Assembly: GCA_003345555.1 (NCBI GenBank)
Contig: PRDJ01000057.1
Location: 75,836-107,835 of the forward strand
Length of the DNA: 32,000 nt
Source: Candidatus Thorarchaeota archaeon
GTDB lineage: Archaea; Asgardarchaeota; Thorarchaeia; Thorarchaeales; Thorarchaeaceae
Reading direction: 5' to 3'
Part shown: in pieces, positions 24,885 to 32,000 of the stretch
How positions within the stretch are numbered: position 1 is the stretch's first letter
How the letters are laid out: every line of letters begins with the position of its first letter
Notes under the pieces: model-generated
What the model was told of the DNA's origin: nothing
Seen by the model: only the letters and a program-made list of their open reading frames with translations
Databases searched by the model: none
Translations under genes and position numbers: made by a program

Positions 24885-26462
24885 ATGTCTAGCGTTCTAG
24901 TTGTTGATGCCCTGAGTTCAGGAACTGGTCGGCGACAGAGTTCAAGGGATTCCATAGGTTGTGGACCGAGAACTGTTGCAGGCGTCTTCGAGAAGCACGG
25001 CATCCGCTGCAAGATAGAGCGAGCTGAGGATCTGTCACTAAAGCGAGGAATCCTTCGACAATACCAACATCTCGCCATCAGTGCTATGACAATGGATACA
25101 CCCATTGTTCGACAACTAATCAACAGCTGGCGGCGGACCAAGGCGCACGGCAGGGTGTTACTGGGTGGACCAATCGCATCAGACCCACATCACATTCTCG
25201 TGGAACTCAAACCTGATGTATTGGTCATAGGAGAAGGCGAAACAACTCTTGAGGAACTCATCAACAAAGGCTACCTAGAGAGCGAAACGGACTTACGAGC
25301 TGTCAAAGGCATAGGATACACTGAATCTGGCAACGGTTTCGTAACGGAGCCTCGTCCGCTGTTGTCAGCTGAAGAGATTTCTGACCAATACAGGCCCTCG
25401 ACCACGCGTATTGTTGACTATACCTCCTACCAAGCAAGCAAGGTATATGTTGAGGTACTGCGAGGATGCTCGAACTTCAGACGGACTGTTCTCAGGCTGC
25501 CCGACGGGCGTCAATGCTCTGACTGCGGCAACTGTGAATCTGATGATTACACAAGAAGGCTCAGCTGTCCCGAGGATGTACCTCCTGGTTGCGGCTTCTG
25601 CAGTGTTCCAGCCACATGGGGCCCACCCAGAAGCCGGTCGATTATTGCGATTACCAAAGAGACGTCAGAGCTCTTGGATATCGGAGTAAGACGGGTTGTT
25701 CTTGAGGCCCCGGACTTCCTCGACTACATGAGAGGCCAGAACACAACGGATCCCTGCGAGCCTGCGGCTAACTTGGAGGCGATTTCAGAGCTCTTGGACT
25801 CTTTGGCGAGCATTCCACAAATCGCCAATGGCTCGGCTCATATTGGAATAGAGAACATGAAGGCCTGTCTTCTGACCGACTCTGCCGCCGAAGTAATATC
25901 GAGGCATTTGAGGACCGTTTCTCCGAACATAGGTCTCGAAACAGGATCAGCTGAGCATTTGCGCCGCATAGGGAAATGCGGCACACCAGAAGACGTAGTC
26001 CGTGCAGTCCGAGCTGCAAGAGCCCACGGAATGCATCCCTTTGTTTATCTAATCTACGGACTTCCCGGCGAGACCGAGGAGACCGTGAAGGAATCAGTAC
26101 GACTGCTGCAGGAAATCAGTCACGAAGGGGCCGAGAGAATAATCCTGTATGGCTTCCGTCCTCTTCCCGGTTCAGCGTTCGAGCACTTTTCGTCATCTTC
26201 CCTGAATAGTGAGCTTAGCCGCAAATTGCGTAGGGCAGCAGAGGCAGTCAATCGCAGCAAGAAGATGGAGTTTGTGGGAACCATTGTACAAGGTGTTGCA
26301 GCAGAGCCCTCATGGACTAGGCACGGCCACACGATGGTATATCCACTCGATGAAGGCCCGGTGATCACCGTCCAAGGTGGCTACTCCCCGGGCACTCTTA
26401 TCAAAGTGCGGGTGACTGGCGTGCTCAGTCCTGGCCTTGTCACAGGAGAAGTAGTGCGCTGA
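24885..26462 (+). CDS. B12-binding-domain radical SAM enzyme with Cys-rich insert and C-terminal TRAM-like domain
   Basis: LLGGPIA, LVIGEGE, VEVLRGCSN...GCGFC, GLETGS, YLIYGLPGET. Start moved to ATG at 24885. Confidence 0.88.
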   Translation: MSSVLVVDALSSGTGRRQSSRDSIGCGPRTVAGVFEKHGIRCKIERAEDLSLKRGILRQYQHLAISAMTMDTPIVRQLINSWRRTKAHGRVLLGGPIASDPHHILVELKPDVLVIGEGETTLEELINKGYLESETDLRAVKGIGYTESGNGFVTEPRPLLSAEEISDQYRPSTTRIVDYTSYQASKVYVEVLRGCSNFRRTVLRLPDGRQCSDCGNCESDDYTRRLSCPEDVPPGCGFCSVPATWGPPRSRSIIAITKETSELLDIGVRRVVLEAPDFLDYMRGQNTTDPCEPAANLEAISELLDSLASIPQIANGSAHIGIENMKACLLTDSAAEVISRHLRTVSPNIGLETGSAEHLRRIGKCGTPEDVVRAVRAARAHGMHPFVYLIYGLPGETEETVKESVRLLQEISHEGAERIILYGFRPLPGSAFEHFSSSSLNSELSRKLRRAAEAVNRSKKMEFVGTIVQGVAAEPSWTRHGHTMVYPLDEGPVITVQGGYSPGTLIKVRVTGVLSPGLVTGEVVR

Positions 26463-26600
26463 GACTCACCGCAATAGGAAAAGCTTCAGAAGAAAAGCTT
26501 CATATGGCCAGCTCTTGGCTACGCAAAGGACGGCCTTAACAGCCTGAGTGCTGCTGCGTGCGGCCATGCTTCACATTGTCTTGGCTGGAGATAAGCTATC

Positions 26601-26744
26601 ATGGTCTATATTTGCCACTCATGTAAGCGCGAAGTGACGCCCGAAGGATTGAAGACGCTTCCCGGTGTCAAGTGTCCGTACTGCGGAGGAAGAATCCTCT
26701 ACAAGATTCGCCCGCCTGTCGTGAAGCGGGTCAAAGGGGTTTAG
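26601..26744 (+). CDS. rpoP: DNA-directed RNA polymerase subunit Rpo12 (P)
   Basis: Hand translation: MVYICHSCKREVTPEGLKTLPGVKCPYCGGRILYKIRPPVVKRVKGV. CxxC...CPYCG.RILYK.RP motif; GGAG upstream. Not in the ORF track. Confidence 0.95.
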   Translation: MVYICHSCKREVTPEGLKTLPGVKCPYCGGRILYKIRPPVVKRVKGV

Positions 26745-26768
26745 AGTCTTCTCTGAATCTCAGAGCAT

Positions 26769-26867
26769 TTATGGTTTGAAGAGAAGATAGATTGCTGCAA
26801 TGGCGGACACCAGAAACAGCGCTATGAAGACTATCGAAGCGATTTTTCTCTTCAACGTGAAACGCAA
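26769..26867 (-). CDS. Putative 32-aa single-pass membrane protein
   Basis: TTG immediately after the ATPase stop, with GGAGG 8 nt upstream: MRFTLKRKIASIVFIALFLVSAIAAIYLLFKP. Not in the ORF track. Confidence 0.65.
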   Translation of the reverse strand: MRFTLKRKIASIVFIALFLVSAIAAIYLLFKP

Positions 26868-27839
26868 TCATGCTTCCTCCTGATTTCCTAAGAGTATGTC
26901 ACCGAGCCTAGTAAGGCCATCCATGCCGCGTATCTCAGTATCGAAGAGAGGCACCTCCGTAATATCAAGGTCGCTGTAGAGATCTCGTATGTCTGCAAGA
27001 TTGACAAGCTGCATCTCTCTGCGTCTACTGCAGAACACGCAATCTACGTTCTCTGGTACAAGTTGATTTACGACCAAATGGCTCACAGGTATGTGCCACT
27101 TGTTGAGACTGGCCAACAAACGCTGAGTCTCAAAGACCGCCATGGCCTCTGAGATCAATACCACGACAAATTGAGTTGTATCAGGGTCTGACAACTCAAT
27201 TCGGGCGGCACGTATCTTTTCCTTGGTCTTTTTCAGGGTCTCCCAAGAAGTATCCTCTTGTTGAGTACCGCCGAACATTGTCTTGAGGCCGGACATCATG
27301 GAGCTGAGTCTCTGTCTCATTGTGAGTAGCTTACCCAGCCAGCTGTCGAGAAGCTCAGGCAATTCAAGTAGCTTCAGAGTATGTCCGGTGGGTGCCGTGT
27401 CAAATATGATGCGGTCATAGGAGGAGTCCTCAATGAACTCAAGCATCTTCCCGAACGCCATTGCTTCATCAGAGCCCGGCGGTGCCATTCCTCCAACGTC
27501 ACCCAGAAGCATTGAAGCGGCCTCCATTTCGGGGCCGGCCTTGCTATCCCCGAGACTCTGCTGAAATTCCTTCATTGCCTTCTCAGTTTGAATCTCCAAA
27601 CCGGAGAGTCGGTCGACGCCTTGAATTGGGACGATGTCACCCCCGCTTAGATTCTGGTCGAAGGAGTCGCTCAGACTGTGAGCTGGGTCCGTAGACAGGA
27701 CAAGTGTTCTGTAACCGTGCCTTGCGGACAGGAGCGCCATGGCAGCGGCACAGCTCGTTTTGCCCACGCCACCTTTCCCGCCACTAAGAATGAAGCGTAA
27801 GCTGTCCTTGTAGACTATGTCTGCGAGGGTCAATGTCAA
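26868..27839 (-). CDS. Get3/TRC40-like (ArsA family) ATPase, single domain
   Basis: GKGGVGKTS, STDPAHSLSD, DTAPTGHTL, Met-rich helices, C-terminal CVFC. Confidence 0.93.
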   Translation of the reverse strand: MTLTLADIVYKDSLRFILSGGKGGVGKTSCAAAMALLSARHGYRTLVLSTDPAHSLSDSFDQNLSGGDIVPIQGVDRLSGLEIQTEKAMKEFQQSLGDSKAGPEMEAASMLLGDVGGMAPPGSDEAMAFGKMLEFIEDSSYDRIIFDTAPTGHTLKLLELPELLDSWLGKLLTMRQRLSSMMSGLKTMFGGTQQEDTSWETLKKTKEKIRAARIELSDPDTTQFVVVLISEAMAVFETQRLLASLNKWHIPVSHLVVNQLVPENVDCVFCSRRREMQLVNLADIRDLYSDLDITEVPLFDTEIRGMDGLTRLGDILLGNQEEA

Positions 27840-28004
27840 GTCCTCATTTGCGGCTCGAACCCTTGTGTGTATTAATGCTTTGCCGATGCACGAATCACAA
27901 CGATACGATGGGGGAACCGGGGTCGGTCGCTGGTTCTGAGACCTCTGTGAGAGTCATGAGAGACAAGGCAAAGGCTTAAGCGTTTCAGAGTCTTCCAAAC
28001 CCCG

Positions 28005-28721
28005 ATGTCGTTCCCGCAGGTCCATATGGCGGCGGAGGCATTTCCGTCGACGGTTCTGAGACTCCTTGGCATTATGGTTCCTGATGGGTTGTCTCCAGCG
28101 AACGAGGAAGTCCTTAGCAGGTTTAGCCCGAAGGCTGTGGTTATTGTAATGATTGACAACTTCGGGTTATTTGAAGCAGTGGTCTACAAGCCGGAAGCAC
28201 TGCTCAAGAACATGGAATTGCTGGCGCTCATTGACACCGGCGATCCATATGCAATTCCGCTGACGAATGCAATCCTTCAGGGACATACTGCATTTCATCT
28301 AATCCGATATGTTAAGGACTACGGCAAGTTCGCCGAGGCAATTTGCCGCGAGGATGACGTGTCCTCAATCGGCCTCGACGGGGCCAACACGATCAATGTT
28401 CACGACGATATGGCAACATACGTGGAGTCAACTAAACACATATCCAAAACCGATTTGCTTTTTCTTCACTTCCTAGACTTCGAGAGTCTGTACGCTCAAT
28501 ATGGACACAGGACGCCACCAAAGACTCTCTTAGAGAAAATCGTGCGAAGAACGGATAACTGGATTAAGGTTCTCCTCAGACAGGCCCGCGTGGGCACGTT
28601 TTTCATTGTAATAGGGAACCACGGCAGACATCCGATTCCTCTTGACTACGAAGGTAAGCTGGCTGAGTGGCGGAGTGCCAATGCACCCATTGCCATGATG
28701 TTTCAGAAGCGAACTGAGTAG
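28005..28721 (+). CDS. Short alkaline-phosphatase-superfamily-fold protein, degenerate active site; start uncertain
   Basis: VVIVMIDNFG, LLFLHFLD, FFIVIGNHG (normally DHG). Confidence 0.65.
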   Translation: MSFPQVHMAAEAFPSTVLRLLGIMVPDGLSPANEEVLSRFSPKAVVIVMIDNFGLFEAVVYKPEALLKNMELLALIDTGDPYAIPLTNAILQGHTAFHLIRYVKDYGKFAEAICREDDVSSIGLDGANTINVHDDMATYVESTKHISKTDLLFLHFLDFESLYAQYGHRTPPKTLLEKIVRRTDNWIKVLLRQARVGTFFIVIGNHGRHPIPLDYEGKLAEWRSANAPIAMMFQKRTE

Positions 28722-28726
28722 CAGTC

Positions 28727-29524
28727 CTAGAAGAAAGCGGGAAAGCCAAATGCAATTGCAATGCCTGCGATGAAGACACAGAGCTTCCAGAAGCTGACTT
28801 TCCTAGATAGCCGTAGCAGGGCTTCCATGGAAGCAAGTCCTACGCAGAAGGCGACTACGTCCATGGCGAGTAGATCAGTGAGTCCGACTGTTGCTACTGC
28901 AAGGTCTCCAGTGACGAACTCTAGAGCAAATATGCCGAGAACTGCCGGAACGCTCATCAGGAAACTGAACTTCAGAGCAGTCTCTTTGTCCACCTTCTGC
29001 ATGAGCAAGGAGGAGACAGTTATTCCCGACCGGCTGAGTCCGGGTAGGATAGACAAGCCTTGGGCAAGTCCTGTCAAGAGAGCCACTTTGGCAGTCGGCA
29101 TTCGATTGGAGTCGGTGACCTCTGGCTGCTGGGTCCTATCTCTCGTCGTGTAGAGCATTGCTGCAGTCGCAAGTAGAAACAAACCCACAACGAGGTTCAG
29201 GCGTGACCCCAGAACTGCAGCCAAGGCAATCTTACGCACCAAGTACACAGGAACGCCAACAATGCCTGTGCCAATCGTTGCGACAAGAAGCAGCCTAAAC
29301 ATGCTCCTGTCTCGCAACGATATGATACTGAGAATATCTCGCGGGTATCGGGCTAAAACGGCAAACATGGTTCCGAGATGCAACCAGACGGTCAGAGCGA
29401 TAAGCGAATCTACGGGTACAGCGCCAAGGTTGTAGACAAAGAGGATGGTCTGTCCTTGGCTGCTTATGGGCAGCCATTCGACTAGGCCTTGGATTAATGC
29501 TACCAGTAACTGCCACGTCTCCAT
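28727..29524 (-). CDS. uppP: Undecaprenyl/polyprenyl-diphosphate phosphatase (UppP/BacA)
   Basis: QGLVEWLPISSQG, LHLGT, QGLSILPGLSRSG, FSFLMSVP. Confidence 0.94.
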   Translation of the reverse strand: METWQLLVALIQGLVEWLPISSQGQTILFVYNLGAVPVDSLIALTVWLHLGTMFAVLARYPRDILSIISLRDRSMFRLLLVATIGTGIVGVPVYLVRKIALAAVLGSRLNLVVGLFLLATAAMLYTTRDRTQQPEVTDSNRMPTAKVALLTGLAQGLSILPGLSRSGITVSSLLMQKVDKETALKFSFLMSVPAVLGIFALEFVTGDLAVATVGLTDLLAMDVVAFCVGLASMEALLRLSRKVSFWKLCVFIAGIAIAFGFPAFF

Positions 29525-29607
29525 TTTCTCACGCCCGTGCCGGGTGTACTCCGAGACCGAAGAATTAAAAACATCTCGGTCTTCGAAAGCCGCTCAGGGT
29601 TTAACGG

Positions 29608-30270
29608 ATGGTTCTTGACAGCGGCCGATTCAACAGCAGCGAACTAGCAAACGTCACTCAAATGCTCGATGAGCACTTTAGAGTTGCATTGTCGGCCACA
29701 AAGATGGTCACCAGTGCGATGACGGCTTGGATTGAACAGCGCAAATCTATTAGCAAAGAGGACTTGACTCGGATTACGGCCCTTGAGGAGAAGGGTGACG
29801 AGCTTAAGCGCGCGATGCTGAAGGTTCTTTCCTCTGCTCATACGCTCATGCAGAGAGAAGATCTGCTGCACCTAATCCACTACAACGACAAAATCGTCGA
29901 CGCTTCAGAGATTTGCTGTTACCATCTCGCAGCGGTCATGGGTTCTTGGGTTCCCGAGGGAGAGCTCAGAAGCAAGGTTGTAGAGCTCGGACGAATGGTC
30001 AATGAGATTGTGACGGAACAGAGGGAAGCCGTGAGATTCCTGCCTATCAACATTGAAACGTCGATTGCCAAAGCGGACGAGATATGCAGAATCGAAAAGC
30101 GCATAGATGCTCAGTGGCGAGACGTGGTCAGCCTCTTGTATCCGAGCGCCATTCCATTGGCTGTCGTGCTTAGATTCCGGGACTTCGTTATGGAACTGGA
30201 AGAGCTGGCCAACTTGAGTGAGGACGCGGCGATCACAATCCGCGGCTTGTCACTGACTTTGAATACATAG
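29608..30270 (+). CDS. DUF47 / PhoU-like phosphate transport regulator
   Basis: ITALEEKGDELKR, REDLLHL...DKIVD, ICRIEKRID, ELEELANLSEDAA. Confidence 0.85.
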   Translation: MVLDSGRFNSSELANVTQMLDEHFRVALSATKMVTSAMTAWIEQRKSISKEDLTRITALEEKGDELKRAMLKVLSSAHTLMQREDLLHLIHYNDKIVDASEICCYHLAAVMGSWVPEGELRSKVVELGRMVNEIVTEQREAVRFLPINIETSIAKADEICRIEKRIDAQWRDVVSLLYPSAIPLAVVLRFRDFVMELEELANLSEDAAITIRGLSLTLNT

Positions 30271-30288
30271 CCTCGATGGTGCCGGCGA

Positions 30289-30855
30289 TTGTCACAAGAG
30301 CCCGAAGATACCGCGGTCGCAGAGCTAATCAATGACCGGGCCATAGTCTGGAATCCACAGCATGGCATGCGTCTCTACAGTGAAGGCTACTTTGGACAGC
30401 CCGTGGGCATAAGGAAGCCCAAGTCAGCTGAGTTTGACAAGCCTTTGGAGCTATCTCTGATTGAGTGTGCGTACTTGACAAGAGCGGGCAAGCTCAGTGT
30501 GTGGAACCCGAACAGTGGTCAGGTCCTCACAGAAACAGACCTGCTTTCCCTTGGAACTGCAAAGTCTGACGAATTCCCTGATAGGCTGCTCGTGTATTCC
30601 CAGCTTAGGGAGCTTGGGTACGTCGTGCGTCCTGGTCTGAAGTTTGGAACTGACTTTGCTGTGTATGAACATGGTCCCGGCATAGATCATGCACCGTTTC
30701 TAATCCATGTGATTCCCCAGAAGAAGGGCGTGATGCCGCTCGACATCGTCCGTGCAGGTCGATTGGCAACTAGTGTCAAGAAGAAGTTCATCGTTGCGAC
30801 TGTCAAAGAAAACGGTGAGATTGCTTACTACAGCTTCCAGTGGCATCGCCCCTAG
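30289..30855 (+). CDS. endA: tRNA-splicing endonuclease, single-unit (alpha4-type)
   Basis: LELSLIECAYL, GYVVRPGLKFGTDFAVY (Tyr), DHAPF (His), LATSVKKK (Lys). Confidence 0.96.
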   Translation: MSQEPEDTAVAELINDRAIVWNPQHGMRLYSEGYFGQPVGIRKPKSAEFDKPLELSLIECAYLTRAGKLSVWNPNSGQVLTETDLLSLGTAKSDEFPDRLLVYSQLRELGYVVRPGLKFGTDFAVYEHGPGIDHAPFLIHVIPQKKGVMPLDIVRAGRLATSVKKKFIVATVKENGEIAYYSFQWHRP

Positions 30856-30967
30856 ACGACTTGAATGCAATGTTTACGGGCCGCCGCCATTGATGGCACC
30901 AGCAAAGCAAATAAGGTGCCACTGCGTCGTGCCGATTGATTTCAGCAAGCGATGAGGTAGATACCTG

Positions 30968-31285
30968 ATGCCCGGCAAGACAGAGAACGCGAAGACATTC
31001 GGTGCACTTCTCGCTCGAGCATGGGAAAACACGCCGTCTTTCATCTGCAGCAATGACGACTACATCTACTGCCTCTTTCCTGCAGACGAAAAGAAGGAAT
31101 CGTGGATCGAGGCTTCGATCACATTCCCAGATGGATCCGTTGAGAAGAAAGAGATCAACGCTGTCAAGGCGATTGCTCTCCTAATCGAGGAGCTGAAAGT
31201 GCTGCCCGATTACGGAGCTGACAGCATGGTGACTTCGAAGGAGAAACTCGACAAGACCGCAAGTAGATTAGGAAGTCTAAAGTAG
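30968..31285 (+). CDS. Hypothetical protein
   Basis: 105-aa ORF with GAGGT SD and protein-like composition; no family recognised. Confidence 0.65.
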   Translation: MPGKTENAKTFGALLARAWENTPSFICSNDDYIYCLFPADEKKESWIEASITFPDGSVEKKEINAVKAIALLIEELKVLPDYGADSMVTSKEKLDKTASRLGSLK

Positions 31286-31362
31286 AGTATGAGTTGGATG
31301 GCGGGCGCGCCCAATCTGAACGCAGCTTGTTGCACTTTTCGTGAGCGGGGAGTACAACTTCG

Positions 31363-32000
31363 ATGCCTAAGCTAGTCTTTGAGTGTCCCTTTTGTCGGCA
31401 GAAGGTCACGGATGGGGATTTCTGCAAGTACTGTGGGCGACCCGTTCCTGAACAGGGGCAACCGGAACCAAGGCGCGGCCCAGGTTCTCAGCACACGGGC
31501 TCCGGCTCAATCAAAGAAGCCGCCGAGACAAAGCCAAACTCGGAAGACCAGACTAGGTCCTTTTTTGGTATTTCCGTCGGCGGCTTGGATTCCAAGATGC
31601 TTGGCATTCTCCTGGCAAGAGCGGAGTTGCACGTTGTCAGAGAGGAGCTTGACGCAGTCATTAGGCAGATAGAAGCAACAAGACAAGCACTCCTGCTCAA
31701 GCAAGCTGACAGAGAGTTGCTCGCTTCAAGAGCTGAAAGTCTGAAGGAGCTCTTTGAGACAACGAAAGGCAAACACACGCAGTTGATGGGAGTCAAAGAC
31801 AGTCTTCCAATAGAGGTGATTCCGGAGGACCTAGCAGTCCAAGAGTCAAAACTGTCCAAGCTTGATAAGATGAAAGGCTCTATCGACATGGGTGTCTATC
31901 ATGAAGAGCATGAGCGGATTGTACTCGCAATCGAGAGTCTGAGAAAGGATCTTAGTAAAGCGACCGATGAATCACGAAAGTGGCTCAAGGCACTAAGCAA
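31363..32000 (+). CDS. Zn-ribbon plus long coiled-coil protein, runs off window end
   Basis: Hand translation: MPKLVFECPFCRQKVTDGDFCKYCGRPVPE...ELHVVREELDAVIRQIEATRQALLLK...; open to 32000. Not in the ORF track. Confidence 0.8.
   Translation, partial: MPKLVFECPFCRQKVTDGDFCKYCGRPVPEQGQPEPRRGPGSQHTGSGSIKEAAETKPNSEDQTRSFFGISVGGLDSKMLGILLARAELHVVREELDAVIRQIEATRQALLLKQADRELLASRAESLKELFETTKGKHTQLMGVKDSLPIEVIPEDLAVQESKLSKLDKMKGSIDMGVYHEEHERIVLAIESLRKDLSKATDESRKWLKALS

Noticed and set aside
26820-26865. Possible SECIS-like element (ATGA...AA...GA) and selenoprotein recoding
   Set aside because: No convincing SECIS stem, and no gene in the window (including hdrA) needs an in-frame UGA read-through.
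1-32000. tRNA, rRNA, CRISPR arrays, IS elements, integrases
   Set aside because: No cloverleaf or T-loop signatures in the intergenic gaps, no regularly spaced repeats, and no transposase or integrase motifs seen by eye. A tRNAscan/Infernal run would be the definitive check.

Overview
Core-genome window of an archaeon, about 52% GC by eye. It is most likely Asgard (Thorarchaeia-like), inferred from protein similarity plus a roadblock/LC7 protein and a Get3-type ATPase. Positions 1-12.4 kb hold the minus-strand ribosomal superoperon rpl22-rps3-rpl29-rnp1-rps17-rpl14-rpl24-rps4e-rpl5-rps14-rps8-rpl6-rpl32e-rpl19e-rpl18-rps5-rpl30-[hsp20 insert]-rpl15-secY-adk-DUF106/EMC3. The rest holds wHTH/Zn-ribbon hypotheticals, a ferredoxin, a cyclin/TFB-fold protein, hypD, mobA, hdrA, an ICMT-like methyltransferase, GGGP synthase, roadblock, map, tfb, aIF1/SUI1, a B12 radical SAM enzyme, rpoP, Get3/ArsA, an AlkP-fold protein, uppP, DUF47 and endA. 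I saw no tRNA, rRNA, CRISPR array or mobile element. Best leads: (1) aIF1/SUI1, a start-codon fidelity factor, can only keep its conserved N-terminus by starting at CUG. (2) rpl22, first gene of the operon, can only keep its conserved N-terminus by starting at AUU, behind a ~200-nt structured leader with a uORF. Together these suggest a possible start-codon-stringency feedback circuit. (3) A 32-aa single-TM ORF missing from the ORF track sits directly behind the Get3-like ATPase. (4) A small heat-shock gene is embedded in the ribosomal operon. All family calls come from motif recognition, not database searches.
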